From Allosphingosinicella sp. (GTDB taxonomy: Bacteria; Pseudomonadota; Alphaproteobacteria; Sphingomonadales; Sphingomonadaceae): DNA of 64,000 bases. Both the position numbers and the translations under genes were made by a program. Shown here piece by piece: positions 52,295 through 62,652 of the stretch. The number at the start of each line of letters is the position of its first letter. Position 1 is the first letter of the stretch. The DNA lies in the NCBI GenBank assembly GCA_036403745.1, contig DASWQI010000007.1, one strand, 5' to 3'. The notes beneath the pieces were generated by a model, which was not told the DNA's origin, did not search any database, and was given only the letters and a program-made list of their open reading frames with translations.

Positions 52295-52603
52295 TTAGCC
52301 GCCGAGCACGATCTCGTGGCCGAAATTGAGCCCGATGCGGCCCTCGCGCGCCCAGCGGACGAAGGCGTGGATGCGGCTGCATTCCGGGAATTCGATGAGG
52401 ATGGTCTCGCCGAGACGGGGCACGATGTCGCTTTCGATCATCGTCCCGCGCGAGGAGATGTTGAGGACGGGCACCAGATGCGGCGTGCCGCGGAAGTAGA
52501 TGATGGCGCTTTCGACGAGGCCCTCGCGGCGCGGCTCCGAGCGCCTGTCCTCCCAGTTGGATGGGTCGGCAGCAGGCTGCGGCGCTGCATGTGGGGCGAA
52601 CAT
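52295..52603 (-). CDS. PilZ domain protein (putative c-di-GMP receptor)
   Basis: Track ORF of 102 aa. RRSEPRR and NISSRG correspond to the RxxxR and (D/N)xSxxG PilZ motifs. Confidence 0.75.
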   Translation of the reverse strand: MFAPHAAPQPAADPSNWEDRRSEPRREGLVESAIIYFRGTPHLVPVLNISSRGTMIESDIVPRLGETILIEFPECSRIHAFVRWAREGRIGLNFGHEIVLGG

Positions 52604-52770
52604 CGGCGTCTCCCGGAAAATTCCTTGGGAGAAGGTGCACGAAGAAAGTTGCCAAATTCCTAGCGCTGACGGAATCTGGCTAACCTGCCTTAATGCCGAA
52701 CGAAACGTCAGGAACCGCCGGCTCCGCCTACGTGTTCGTTACTCACCCGCCACAATGAGACGCGAGTGTA

Positions 52771-54954
52771 ATGACGACATCGCCAGTGCAAACGCCCCTG
52801 GAACTATGGGGCGGCGTCGAATGTACGATCGTACGCCTTGGGGACGAGTATCGAGACCAGAGCGCCGAGACCGGCCATTCGGCCCGGCCGGAGGATCTCG
52901 ACCTGATCGCCGGCCTCGGCATCCGCACAATCCGCTACCCGATCCTGTGGGAAGCGATCGCGCCGGAGCGGCCCGATGCATTCGACTGGGCCTGGACCGA
53001 CGAGCGGCTCGCCATGCTGCGCGAGCGCGGCATCCGCGTCATCGGCGGCCTCCTCCACCACGGCTCCGGCCCCCGTTACACCAGCCTGCTCGATCCGGAT
53101 TTTCCCAAGAAGCTTGGCGACTTCGCCGGCCGCGTTGCCGACCGCTACCCCTGGATCGAGATGTGGACCCCGGTCAACGAGCCGCTCACCACCGCCCGCT
53201 TCTCGGGCCTCTACGGCCATTGGTATCCGCACCGGCGCGACTATCCCGCCTTCCTCCGCGCCCTCGCCAACGAGTGCAAGGGCACGCTGGAGGCGATGCG
53301 CGCGATCCGCGCCAGCATCCCGCACGCCAAGCTCGTCCAGACCGAGGATCTCGGCAAGACCTTCTCGACCCAGCCGCTGCGCTACCAGGCCGCGCACGAG
53401 AATGAGCGCCGCTGGCTGAGCCTCGATCTGCTGTGCGGCCGCGTCGACAAGAGCCACGCCTTCCACGACATTTTATTCGGCGCCGGCGTCAGCTGGGGCG
53501 AGATGGAGATGTTCGAGGGCGGCGAGGCGACGCCCGATATCTTGGGCATCAATCATTATCTGACCAGCGAGCGCTTCCTCGACCACCGGCTCGATCTCTA
53601 CCCCGGGCATGAAGCGGGCGGGAACCGGCGGGACATCTATGTCGACGCCGAGGCGGTGCGGGTGAAGCGGCTGGAGCCGGACACGGGCATCGGCCCGCGC
53701 CTGCGGGAGGCTTGGGACCGCTACAGCATCCCCATCGCCGTGACCGAAGTCCATCACGGCTGCCACCGCGACGAGCAATTGCGCTGGTTTTCCGAAGTCT
53801 GGGAGACCGCCGGCGCGTTGCGCGAGGAGGGGGTGGACCTGCGCGCCGTCACCCTCTGGTCGATGTTCGGCAACGTCGACTGGCGCTTCCTGCTCACCCG
53901 CCGCGCCGGCTTCTACGATCCCGGTGTCTACGACGCGCGCAACGGCACGCCGCGGCCGACCGCGATCGCCCAGGCTGCCAAGGCCTATGCCGCGGGCGAG
54001 GCGTACGACCACCCTGTCCTCGACAGCCCGGGCTGGTGGCGGCGGCCGCCGCGCCTCTATCCGTGGAATGGGCGTCGCAAGCCGCTCGAGGGGGGCGGCC
54101 GCAAGCTGCTCGTCACCGGCGCTACCGGCACGCTCGGCAATGCCTTCGCCCAGGTGTGCGAGGAGCGCGCCTTGCCGCTGTGTCTGACGGACCGCGGCGA
54201 GCTCGACATTTGCGACGAAGAGTCGATCGCCGCAGCCGTGGCAAAGCACCAGCCATGGGCTGTGGTCAACGCGGCGGGGTTCGTCCGCGTCGCGGACGCC
54301 GAGCGCGAGCGCGACGCCTGCATGGCCGCCAATGCGGAAGCGCCGGAGAAGCTCGCCCGCGCCTGCGCCGCGGCCGGCATCCCGTTCGTCACCTTCTCGT
54401 CCGACCTGGTCTTCGACGGCACGCTCGGCCGGCCTTATGTGGAATCGGACCCGGTGGCGCCGACGGGGGTGTACGGCGCCAGCAAGGCCGAGGCCGAGCG
54501 GCGGGTGCTGGCGGCGATGCCGGATGCGCTCCTCCTTCGCACCAGTGCCTTTTTCGGCCCTTGGGACCGCTACAATTTCGCGTCGGACGTGCTCAGCCGC
54601 CTCGCCGACGGCCGGACGGTCCGCGCCTCGGACGGTGCAATCATCTCGCCCACCTACGTCCCCGATCTCTGCCACGCCGCGCTCGACCTACTCATCGACG
54701 GCGAAAAGGGCATCTGGCACCTCGCAAACCAAAGCCAGCTGAGCTGGTACGAATTTGCCCGGCGGGTAGCGGAAGGCGCGGGCTTCGATCCGGATCTGAT
54801 CGAGCGCGCGCCCGACGACGCGCAGCCGTCGCTCACCGCCCTTACGAGCGAGCGCGGCACGATGCTGCGTCCGTTCGAGGATGCCCTTGAGGAGTATCTG
54901 GCCCGCATGCGCGACAGCGGAGCGCTGACCCCGCTCGCCATCGCGGCGGAATGA
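52771..54954 (+). CDS. fusion protein: clan GH-A TIM-barrel glycosidase-like domain (GH1-like) plus RmlD-type sugar-nucleotide reductase domain
   Basis: Track ORF of 727 aa. The N-terminal half has TPVNEP (acid/base NEP) and IAVTEV (nucleophile-like TE). The C-terminal half has KLLVTGATGTLG, YGASKAEAE (Y-x3-K) and an RmlD-like layout. Its stop TGA directly abuts the stop of the convergent gene (TGATCA). Confidence 0.8.
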   Translation: MTTSPVQTPLELWGGVECTIVRLGDEYRDQSAETGHSARPEDLDLIAGLGIRTIRYPILWEAIAPERPDAFDWAWTDERLAMLRERGIRVIGGLLHHGSGPRYTSLLDPDFPKKLGDFAGRVADRYPWIEMWTPVNEPLTTARFSGLYGHWYPHRRDYPAFLRALANECKGTLEAMRAIRASIPHAKLVQTEDLGKTFSTQPLRYQAAHENERRWLSLDLLCGRVDKSHAFHDILFGAGVSWGEMEMFEGGEATPDILGINHYLTSERFLDHRLDLYPGHEAGGNRRDIYVDAEAVRVKRLEPDTGIGPRLREAWDRYSIPIAVTEVHHGCHRDEQLRWFSEVWETAGALREEGVDLRAVTLWSMFGNVDWRFLLTRRAGFYDPGVYDARNGTPRPTAIAQAAKAYAAGEAYDHPVLDSPGWWRRPPRLYPWNGRRKPLEGGGRKLLVTGATGTLGNAFAQVCEERALPLCLTDRGELDICDEESIAAAVAKHQPWAVVNAAGFVRVADAERERDACMAANAEAPEKLARACAAAGIPFVTFSSDLVFDGTLGRPYVESDPVAPTGVYGASKAEAERRVLAAMPDALLLRTSAFFGPWDRYNFASDVLSRLADGRTVRASDGAIISPTYVPDLCHAALDLLIDGEKGIWHLANQSQLSWYEFARRVAEGAGFDPDLIERAPDDAQPSLTALTSERGTMLRPFEDALEEYLARMRDSGALTPLAIAAE

Positions 54955-56490
54955 TCAATCCCCCGCGGGCGGCGCCACGTCGAAGGCCACGGTGAGGCGC
55001 TCGCCCGCGCCGAACGGGCGGGTGCCGTGCCACATGGTCGACGGGAACAGGACCAGCCGGCCCGGCTTCGGCTCGATCATGCGGAACGGCGGCAGGTCGA
55101 GACCGAGTTGCGCCTGCGGCTCCCCTAACGTCAGCCACCCCGCCGGCTCCGGCCCGCGCGCGTCGGCGGGCGGCAGCGCCACGTAGAGGGCCGAGCTCAG
55201 CCAGCCCATCGGGTGGACATGATTGGCGTGGTGCCCGCCGCCGCCGCCGAGCCGCACCGACCACGAGCCCGCAAAGCGCACCCGTCCCCCCCGCGGCGGC
55301 GCGAGCAGCGGATGGGCGGCATCGCGCGGCGGCAGCTTGGCAATATGTTCGGCGACCGTATCCGCGATGGCCTGGCGCAGCTGGCGGATCTCGGGTTCGA
55401 GGCGGGCGAAGAGCGCGCCGTCGGTCTGGGTGCCGTCGCGGACCGATTGCTCGAGCGGCTGGTGGGTGGTGCGGTGGAGCGTCCGCAACCGCTCGGCGAG
55501 GATGTCGAGCGGCGGCAGCCGGTCGGCGATGTCGTAGACGCCGACGAAGCGCGGATCGCCCTCCAGCCACGCCGAGCGCGGGTCGTCGGTCATCCGCCAT
55601 GCCGTCGCCAAATAGGGCCAGAAAAGGTCTGCCCCAGGCCGATCGCGCATCGTCTCCGCCAGCGCCGCCGCCTCGCCGGACCGGCCGGTGCGCAGCAGGT
55701 GGCGGACATGGCGGACCCGCACGATGGGGTCGTCCACGTGCGCGAGCCGCGCGAACAGCGGGTCGACCGTGGGTCCTTCGCCCAGCTCAGAGCGGCAGAC
55801 GGCTTCGTTGACGTCGAACAGCAAAGCCGACCCCGCCGCCCGTCGTCCCCGCGCCACCGCGTCGAGCGCGCGGTCGTAGAGGTCGCCGTTGACGTGCACG
55901 AGGATCAACGCGGACCACAGATCCATGTTGCGCGGCTGCTCGGCGAGCACCCGATCGAGCGAGCCGGTGAAGGTTTCCCGCTCGCCCCTCTGCCAGCGCA
56001 GCCGCGCGGACAGGTCGTGTCCCGGGATCCAGAGCGGATGCTCGGCGATGACGCGCTCGAGCTCGGCGAGCGCCGCCTCCACCCCCTGTTCGGCATCGAG
56101 CGCCGCGACCAGGCCGAGGATCAGGTCGCCGTCGAGAGGCGCGAGCCGCCAGGCCGCGCGGAACAGCGCCACCGACGGAAGCCCGGCCTCGAGGTGCACC
56201 CTCGCCAGGCTGTGCGCGATGCGGGCGTCGGACGGCGCCAGCGCCGCGGCCCTTCGGAAGGCGGCGATCGCCGGCCCCAGATCCTCGATCTGGCGGTGGA
56301 GGAGGCCTGCAACCTGCCACAGCCGCGCATCCTGCGGGTGAATACGCGTGGCCGCCTCGACCAGCGGAAGCGCCTCGTCCTCCAGCTGGCCGGCGAGGGC
56401 GTCGATGGCGGCGTTGAAGACGGCGTTGGCATCCTGCGGCCGGGCCGAGCGGAGCGCTTCGCGTGCGCCGAGACGAACCGCTGACTCCAT
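54955..56490 (-). CDS. TPR repeat protein fused to a putative 2OG-Fe(II) oxygenase domain (TIGR02466-like)
   Basis: Track ORF of 511 aa with an N-terminal TPR-like Ala/Leu-rich repeats. The C-terminus has HHANHVHPMGWLSSALYV and LVLFPSTMWHGTRPF. Confidence 0.7.
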   Translation of the reverse strand: MESAVRLGAREALRSARPQDANAVFNAAIDALAGQLEDEALPLVEAATRIHPQDARLWQVAGLLHRQIEDLGPAIAAFRRAAALAPSDARIAHSLARVHLEAGLPSVALFRAAWRLAPLDGDLILGLVAALDAEQGVEAALAELERVIAEHPLWIPGHDLSARLRWQRGERETFTGSLDRVLAEQPRNMDLWSALILVHVNGDLYDRALDAVARGRRAAGSALLFDVNEAVCRSELGEGPTVDPLFARLAHVDDPIVRVRHVRHLLRTGRSGEAAALAETMRDRPGADLFWPYLATAWRMTDDPRSAWLEGDPRFVGVYDIADRLPPLDILAERLRTLHRTTHQPLEQSVRDGTQTDGALFARLEPEIRQLRQAIADTVAEHIAKLPPRDAAHPLLAPPRGGRVRFAGSWSVRLGGGGGHHANHVHPMGWLSSALYVALPPADARGPEPAGWLTLGEPQAQLGLDLPPFRMIEPKPGRLVLFPSTMWHGTRPFGAGERLTVAFDVAPPAGD

Positions 56491-56500
56491 GCTCCCGCCC

Positions 56501-57664
56501 TCAGAGGCCGTCTGAGGTGGGCGCGTCGCTCCCGGCCATTACCGCCGAGACCACTGTTCGCTCCGCCCTGCTCAGCGCCCACGGCCACACGTCGAAGATC
56601 AGCACCACCCGCAACTCGTCGCTGTCGTTCCAGGCCTCATGCTCGATCGTGTCGTCGAAGACGAAGGCCTCGCCGGGTGTCCAGCTGCGGGTCTCGGCGC
56701 CGACGCGGAAGCCGCATCCCGCAGGGACGACGAGCGGGAGGTGGCAGACGAGGCGGGTGTTGGCGACGCCGGTGTGGGGAGGGATGCGGGTCTTCGGCGC
56801 GAGCAGGGAAAACATAGCGTTCGGGCAGCGGCCCGGCACGTCCGGTTGCGGCGCCTCGGCCAGCAGCGCGAGGGTGCGGGGGCAATGGCGGGCATTGCGC
56901 TCGACGCGCGCGCCGTTGCGCAGGAGGTGGATCGCGGTCCATTCGCGCGACCAGTTGAGCTCACGCCACTGCGCCAGCGGCACGTCGTCGGGATATTGGA
57001 CATAGGGCACCAGCTCCGCCGCCTCCGAGGCGAGCAGCGCTTCGAGCTCGGCTCGGATCTCCGCGGCGCCGGTTTCCAGAGCGGCCAGCCACGGGAAATG
57101 CGCGCGATCGTGGAATTCGACGGCCGGGAGCCCCGGATAATGGAAGTGGCTCGGCTCCTGCGCGTACGGCTTGGTGAGCCGCGCGAAATTCGTGCAGAAG
57201 CGCTCGACCCGGCGCGCCTCGTCAGGATCGAGGCCCGCATCCGCCGGCACCGCCCCCCGCAGCAGGGCGGCGCTCTGCTCCTGGTGGCGGCGATAGGATG
57301 TCTCGGCATGGGCGAGGATCGGGGCCATGGCCGGCGGCGTCTTCTCCTCCGGCGGCCGCTGGGCGAGGGCGTGGCCGTAAGCCTGCCCCGCCTCCCCCGC
57401 TCGGCCCATCCGCTCCAGCATGGCCGCCTTCGACAGCAAGGCCGAAAAGTCGAGCGGGTCGATTGCCAGGGCGCGCGCGACGGCGGCGAGACCGGCCTGA
57501 AGGTCGCCCGTCGCGCGGCACATCGCCGCGAGCTTGAGCCATGCCTCGGCCCGGTCCGGCGTTTCGGAGACCGCCGCCTCGAGCAGCCGCCGCGCCTCGG
57601 CAGCACGGCCCGCGCCGGCGGCGGCGTCGGCCTGGGTCTCGGCGGCGGAGAGGGGGGCGTCCAT
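56501..57664 (-). CDS. TPR repeat protein fused to an aspartyl/asparaginyl beta-hydroxylase domain
   Basis: Internal ATG at 57664 (MDAPLSAAETQ) in track ORF 56501..57832. The C-terminus RIPPHTGVANTRLVCHLPLVVP...FVFDDTIEHEAWN matches the AspH/LpxO-type family. Confidence 0.75.
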   Translation of the reverse strand: MDAPLSAAETQADAAAGAGRAAEARRLLEAAVSETPDRAEAWLKLAAMCRATGDLQAGLAAVARALAIDPLDFSALLSKAAMLERMGRAGEAGQAYGHALAQRPPEEKTPPAMAPILAHAETSYRRHQEQSAALLRGAVPADAGLDPDEARRVERFCTNFARLTKPYAQEPSHFHYPGLPAVEFHDRAHFPWLAALETGAAEIRAELEALLASEAAELVPYVQYPDDVPLAQWRELNWSREWTAIHLLRNGARVERNARHCPRTLALLAEAPQPDVPGRCPNAMFSLLAPKTRIPPHTGVANTRLVCHLPLVVPAGCGFRVGAETRSWTPGEAFVFDDTIEHEAWNDSDELRVVLIFDVWPWALSRAERTVVSAVMAGSDAPTSDGL

Positions 57665-57749
57665 CGCCGGCGATTGTGCCGCTTTCCCGCCCGATTGCAA
57701 CGCTGCGCGATCCTCGACAGCCGCAGCGGGCTCCGTTAGCCCTTCGGCC

Positions 57750-59192
57750 GTGGACGAGGCCGCCGAAACTCCGGAGACGCTGCTGCGCGCCGCCGCTGCA
57801 TACCGAGAGGGCGGCCGGGTGGAACTCGCCATCCAAGCCTACGAGGCCGCATTACGCCTGCGGCCGGCCATGCCGAACAGCTGGTACAACCTCGCGCAGC
57901 TGCAGCGCCGCGCCGGCCGCTTCGACGAGGCGCTCGCCTCGTACGACCAGGCTTTGGCGCACGGCATTGAAGGCCCCGAGGAGGTCCACCTCAACCGCGG
58001 CGTCATCTTTTCCGACGATCTCGGCCGCGCCGATCTCGCCGAGGAGGCGCTGCAGGAGGCGCTCCGCATCGCGCCGGACTACGTTCCCGCACTTCTGAAC
58101 CTCGGTAACCTGCACGAGGATCGGGGCGCTTTGGACGAGGCGCGGGCGGCGTTTGCCCGCGCACTGGCCATCGCACCCGATGCCTCGACGCCGCTCGCCC
58201 GGCTGATCGGGGTGACGCGGCTCACCGGGCCTGACGATCCGCTGGCGAAGGCGGCGCGGGCGCGGATCGCCCGGGCGGGGAGCGCAGCTGAAGAGCGGGT
58301 GGAGCTCGGCTATGCGCTCGCCGGTGCGCTCGACCGGGCCGGCGAATGGGACCTTGCCTTTGCCGCCGCCGTGGAAGCCAATATTGCGGTTCCCACGCGC
58401 TACGACCGAGGAGCGCACGAGCGCTTCATCGACAGGCTCATCGCCGCTTTCCCGGCTGCCGGGGCCAACGCATCCGGCGCCGCCACGGGCGAGGCGCCCG
58501 TCTTCATCCTTGGCATGTTCCGTTCCGGCTCGACCCTGGCGGAGCAGATCCTCGCCAAGGGCGACGGTGTCGTCACCGGTGGGGAACTCGGGATCGTACC
58601 GGAGCTGGCGGCCGGCCTTCCCGGCTACCCGGAGGCTGCGGCGTCGGCGCCTGAGGCGGCGATCGCGCAGCTTCGGGCGGACTATCTGGCGCGGCTGCGG
58701 CGCGCCCGTGGGCCCGCGCGTTTCCATACCGACAAGCGGCCGGACAATTTCCTCCATGTCGGCTTCATCAAGCGGCTCTTCCCCGACGCGAAGATCGTCC
58801 ACACCGTCCGTGCGCCCGCCGACATGGCCGTGTCGCTCTTCTTCCTGCACCTCGACCCGGCCATGGCCTACGCGACCGACCTCGGCGACATCGCCGATTG
58901 GTATCGCCAGTACCGGCGGCTGATGGCGCATTGGGAGGCGCTGTGGCCGGACGACATCCACCGGCTCGACTATGACACGCTGGTGGCGGACCCGCGGCCC
59001 GCGATCGAGGCGCTGTTTCGGTTCACGGGCGTTCCGCATGGGCCGGAGGCGCTCAATTATTCCGGCAGCGACCAGGCCGTTCGCACCGCGAGCGCCGGGC
59101 AGGTCCACCAACCGCTTTATGCCCGGGCCTCCGGCCGTTGGCGCCGCTACGAGCGTCACCTGGGTCCCTTCTTCGAAGCGCTGAAGGACTGA
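57750..59192 (+). CDS. TPR repeat protein fused to a sulfotransferase domain
   Basis: Track ORF 57534..59192; I prefer the GTG at 57750. TPR repeats (AIQAYEAALRLRPAMPNSWYNLAQL...) are followed by FILGMFRSGSTLAEQIL (5'-PSB loop) and KIVHTVRAPADM. Confidence 0.8.
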   Translation: MDEAAETPETLLRAAAAYREGGRVELAIQAYEAALRLRPAMPNSWYNLAQLQRRAGRFDEALASYDQALAHGIEGPEEVHLNRGVIFSDDLGRADLAEEALQEALRIAPDYVPALLNLGNLHEDRGALDEARAAFARALAIAPDASTPLARLIGVTRLTGPDDPLAKAARARIARAGSAAEERVELGYALAGALDRAGEWDLAFAAAVEANIAVPTRYDRGAHERFIDRLIAAFPAAGANASGAATGEAPVFILGMFRSGSTLAEQILAKGDGVVTGGELGIVPELAAGLPGYPEAAASAPEAAIAQLRADYLARLRRARGPARFHTDKRPDNFLHVGFIKRLFPDAKIVHTVRAPADMAVSLFFLHLDPAMAYATDLGDIADWYRQYRRLMAHWEALWPDDIHRLDYDTLVADPRPAIEALFRFTGVPHGPEALNYSGSDQAVRTASAGQVHQPLYARASGRWRRYERHLGPFFEALKD

Positions 59193-59238
59193 CCATCGAG
59201 CGCGCGGCGCGGCGCGACGTGTCGGCTGTCCATCGCAC

Positions 59239-59269
59239 AAAAAAAGGCGGGTCCCCGAAGGGACCCGCC
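59239..59269 (-). terminator. rho-independent terminator of the TonB-dependent receptor gene (hairpin shared with the convergent gene)
   Basis: GGCGGGTCCC-CGAA-GGGACCCGCC is a perfect 10-bp stem. On the minus strand it is followed by TTTTTTT. Confidence 0.8.
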
Positions 59270-59292
59270 AAAGTCTTTGTCGGTCGCCCGGC

Positions 59293-62200
59293 TTAGAAGT
59301 CGAGCGTGACGCCGGCGAAGATGTACCGGCCGAGCGAGTCGTACACCTGCGGATAGGTGTTGCCGTTGCCGAACGGCGCGGGCGTGACGAGCGTCGGCGG
59401 GATCTTGTCGAAGATGTTGTTGGCGCCAAGACGGAACTGGTAGTGATCGCCGATGTGCGCAGTCAGCACCAGGTCGAAGTAGTTCTGCTGGGTGATGCGA
59501 TCACTGCCGTAGGTGATGCGGTTGATCTGGTTTCCGTTGAGATCGGTGTCGGTGCTCAGATAGTCTGCCTTCACCGACGAGAAGTGGCGCCACTGACCGG
59601 AGAGACCGATCCCACCCGGCGCCGTGTAGGTCACACGCACCTTGCTCCGCCATTTCGGGCTCGGCGTTCCGCACTGAGAACCGTAGAACCCTGCGCAGTC
59701 GAACTTCAGCGTCGCATTCGGGTTCGACACCAGGCTGTCGAGGTACGTCCCGACTGCGCTGAAGGCGAGGCTGCCCCAAGACCCGAGCGGCTGCGTGTAG
59801 GAGGCGTTCACATCGATGCCGCGGGTGGAAAGACCGCCCGCATTGACGTTGACGTCTTCCACATAACCGGCCGGAGTAAGGTACAAAGTGCCGCCAGGGC
59901 CACGATGCACCTTCGAGCAGTAGAAGGGATCCGCCGTCGCGATGCACTGGTTGATGATCACGTCAGCACCGAGCGCACCGATCGAGTTCTTCACGCGGAT
60001 GTTGAAGTAATCCACCGACAGGGCAAAGCGCGGCAGCCAGCGAGGCTGAATGACGACGCCGGCCGTCAGCGAGTCCGACTTTTCCGGAGTGAGGTTCGGG
60101 TTGCCGCCGCCCAAGCCGTTATACTGATTGGCGATATTGGCCCGGATGTTGCCGTACTGAGCTGCGGTGACGCCGGTGAGCGCGCACTGAGCTGCCGTCG
60201 CACTCGGGGTGCCGCCCGGCAGGTTTGCGCACGGATCGGTGCTGCCGTCGAGCGCCACGGACTGTGCGGCGAACAACTCGACGATGTTCGGGGCACGAAC
60301 CGCGCGATTGAGGCTGGCGCGGAACTTGATGTCGTGCACCGGCGCCCACTCGCCCTCGATCTTCCAGGTGTTGGTCGAGAAGCTGTTCGCCGCGACCTGG
60401 TACTTCGAATAGCGATAGCCCCCGCGCAGCTCGAGCAGGCTGAAGAACGGCCGGTCCTCGACGAGGGGCAGCTGCACCTCGGTGAAGAACTCCTTGACGT
60501 GGAACTGACCCTGAACGCCGATCGTGGCGCCGCCCTGGCCGGCGAGATCGCCGGTCGAGAAGGCCTGGTCGGTGTTGAACTCCAGCGATTCCTTACGATA
60601 CTCGCCGCCGAGGTTGATCGCGAGGCCGTGGCTCGCCCACGGAGTCTGCAGCCCGTACTGGCCGAGCTGCGCCGTGACCGAGGCGTTGGCCACCGTCTCC
60701 TGCGTGTTGCCGCGCGAGAAGCCCGGGGTCTGCAGATAGCTGAGGGCCGCCGGCGTCACGCCGCCGGGAGCGAAGATGTCGTAGGGAACGCAGTTCGGAT
60801 CGGAACCGTCGAGGGTCGAGCGGCAGACCGGCGAACCGTTCGCGCCCGTCACGACGTCGAGCGCGCGGTTGAGACGCGTGACCGAGAAGTCGTTGAAGTA
60901 GGTCTGCGCGAAGACGACGCGGCCATACTGATACGACGCATCGTACGAGAAGCCGCCGCCGAGATCGCCGCGCATGCCGGCAACGATACGATAGTCGGTG
61001 TGCTGCAGGTCGTCGCGGCGGCCGCCGCCTTCGACGTTGCGACGCAACGGATAAACGACGCCGCGGAAGTACGGGTTGCCGTTCTGGTCGGTAAAGACGG
61101 TCGGGGTGCCGGTCGCTTTGCCGTTGGCGCCGACGAGGTTTGCCGGCGAGCAGACGATGGCCCGCTGCTGCGCGGAGAGAAGCGGGTTGTCGCAGTTGAT
61201 CGACGTCGTGTTGCCGAAGTCGCCCGAGGGAGCGATCTGGGCAACCGAGCGGTCGTCCATGAACATCGCTTCCATGTACGGATGCAGCGCGCTGCTGATC
61301 TCGTAATCGGCGAACGCGCCGAACGTGTAGCGCTCGTCGGGACGCTGGAAGTAGTTGTACGGACCGAAGTTGAACGGCGTCGAACCCGGGAGGAAGTTGC
61401 GGCCGGAGCCGACCTGGAACGTGCCGACGTTGGTCAGGAAGGTGCCGTTCGCCGACGTGCCGGAGCCGCCGCAGGTGAAGTTGGCGCCGCTCGCGGGCCG
61501 CGGGTTGGCAATCCCCTTCTTGTTCTGGACGACGTCCGCAAGCGAGCAGAACGAGTAGTCGCGGTCGCGCTGCAGCACCGGATGCTGACGGCGATAGGTG
61601 GCGTAGGCGGTGATGTGGCCATGGCCGTCGTCGAAGCCGGCGCCCATGACGAGGCTGGCATCGACCGTGCCGCCGTCGGCGGTGTGGCCGACCGGCGGGA
61701 GGAAGCCGCGGGCCGCGAGCGCACCCTGCACGCCACCGGGGTTGTCGTTATTCATGTGGTCGAAGAAGCTGTACTGGGCGTCCATGCGGATGCCTTCGAA
61801 CTTCGTGTCCATGACGAAGTTGACGACGCCCGCGACGGCGTCCGCGCCGTAGACCGACGAGGCGCCGCCGGTCAGCACGTCGATGCGATCGACGGCCAGA
61901 GCCGGGATGAAGTTGATGTCGGCGACCGGCGAGCGCGGATCGCCCGGCATCAGGCGGCGGCCGTTGACCAGCACGAGGGTGCGCCGCGAGCCGAGGCCGC
62001 GAAGGTTGACCGTGGCGGTGCCGGTGGCGCCGTTCGAGATGTTGGAACCCTGCGCCGCGAAGGACTGCGGCAGCGAGTTGATGATGTCTTCGGTGCGGGC
62101 CGTGCCCTGCAGCTTCACTTCGGCGGCGTTCACGACCGTGATCGGGCTGGCCGAGGTGAGGTTCGGCTGCGGAATGCGCGTGCCGGTGACGACGATGCCG

Positions 62201-62397
62201 CCGCTCGTATCCTCACCTTCGCCGTTGGCGGAGGTGGGGTTCGGCGTCGCTTCGACCGGGCCAGCCTGCGGCTGGGTCTGGTCGCCGGTACGGGGCGCGG
62301 GCGGGTTGGTCTGCGCAAATGCCGGGGTGGCGAACCCGATCGCGCCGCCGATGAAGGTCGTCGCGAGCAGGGTATTCAAAATACGGGTCTTATTCAT
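59293..62397 (-). CDS. TonB-dependent outer-membrane receptor
   Basis: Track ORF of 1034 aa with a signal peptide (MNKTRILNTLLATTFIGGAIGFATPAFAQ). It has a plug domain (IVVTGTRIPQ, DRIDVLTGGASSVYGADAVAGVVNF) and a C-terminal aromatic residue (...GVTLDF). Confidence 0.95.
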   Translation of the reverse strand: MNKTRILNTLLATTFIGGAIGFATPAFAQTNPPAPRTGDQTQPQAGPVEATPNPTSANGEGEDTSGGIVVTGTRIPQPNLTSASPITVVNAAEVKLQGTARTEDIINSLPQSFAAQGSNISNGATGTATVNLRGLGSRRTLVLVNGRRLMPGDPRSPVADINFIPALAVDRIDVLTGGASSVYGADAVAGVVNFVMDTKFEGIRMDAQYSFFDHMNNDNPGGVQGALAARGFLPPVGHTADGGTVDASLVMGAGFDDGHGHITAYATYRRQHPVLQRDRDYSFCSLADVVQNKKGIANPRPASGANFTCGGSGTSANGTFLTNVGTFQVGSGRNFLPGSTPFNFGPYNYFQRPDERYTFGAFADYEISSALHPYMEAMFMDDRSVAQIAPSGDFGNTTSINCDNPLLSAQQRAIVCSPANLVGANGKATGTPTVFTDQNGNPYFRGVVYPLRRNVEGGGRRDDLQHTDYRIVAGMRGDLGGGFSYDASYQYGRVVFAQTYFNDFSVTRLNRALDVVTGANGSPVCRSTLDGSDPNCVPYDIFAPGGVTPAALSYLQTPGFSRGNTQETVANASVTAQLGQYGLQTPWASHGLAINLGGEYRKESLEFNTDQAFSTGDLAGQGGATIGVQGQFHVKEFFTEVQLPLVEDRPFFSLLELRGGYRYSKYQVAANSFSTNTWKIEGEWAPVHDIKFRASLNRAVRAPNIVELFAAQSVALDGSTDPCANLPGGTPSATAAQCALTGVTAAQYGNIRANIANQYNGLGGGNPNLTPEKSDSLTAGVVIQPRWLPRFALSVDYFNIRVKNSIGALGADVIINQCIATADPFYCSKVHRGPGGTLYLTPAGYVEDVNVNAGGLSTRGIDVNASYTQPLGSWGSLAFSAVGTYLDSLVSNPNATLKFDCAGFYGSQCGTPSPKWRSKVRVTYTAPGGIGLSGQWRHFSSVKADYLSTDTDLNGNQINRITYGSDRITQQNYFDLVLTAHIGDHYQFRLGANNIFDKIPPTLVTPAPFGNGNTYPQVYDSLGRYIFAGVTLDF

Positions 62398-62652
62398 GTC
62401 CGTCCCCTTTTTGCGGCGTGAGCCGCGGATCTTTATTCATCCCTGAGCACCAGCCGCGAAGCTGGGGAGCCACCGACCATCTACAGGTTGTAACGATTCC
62501 GAAGCAATCTCCCGAGGGCGGCCGCACAGAGAAAGGGCGGCGAGTGTGACGATTATGCCACGGTCGAGTCCGCCAGCGGAACGGTGTCCGGCGCGGCAGG
62601 GGCGTCGCGAACGCTGGCGGCCGATGCGGACAGTGCTTAGGGAAACACACGC

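Noticed and set aside
52711-52740. GGAAC ... CGTT upstream of the GH-RmlD fusion gene
   Set aside because: The spacer is 21 nt, outside the 16-17 nt of EcfG-type promoters, so it was not called.
59443-62421. 992-aa plus-strand ORF
   Set aside because: It is antisense to the TonB-dependent receptor, whose signal peptide, plug motifs and C-terminal Phe are clear.
62398-62652. Riboswitch (cobalamin/TPP) or Fur box upstream of the TonB-dependent receptor
   Set aside because: No B12-box, TPP core or Fur-box-like sequence is recognisable. Only a short CCAGC...GCTGG hairpin is present.
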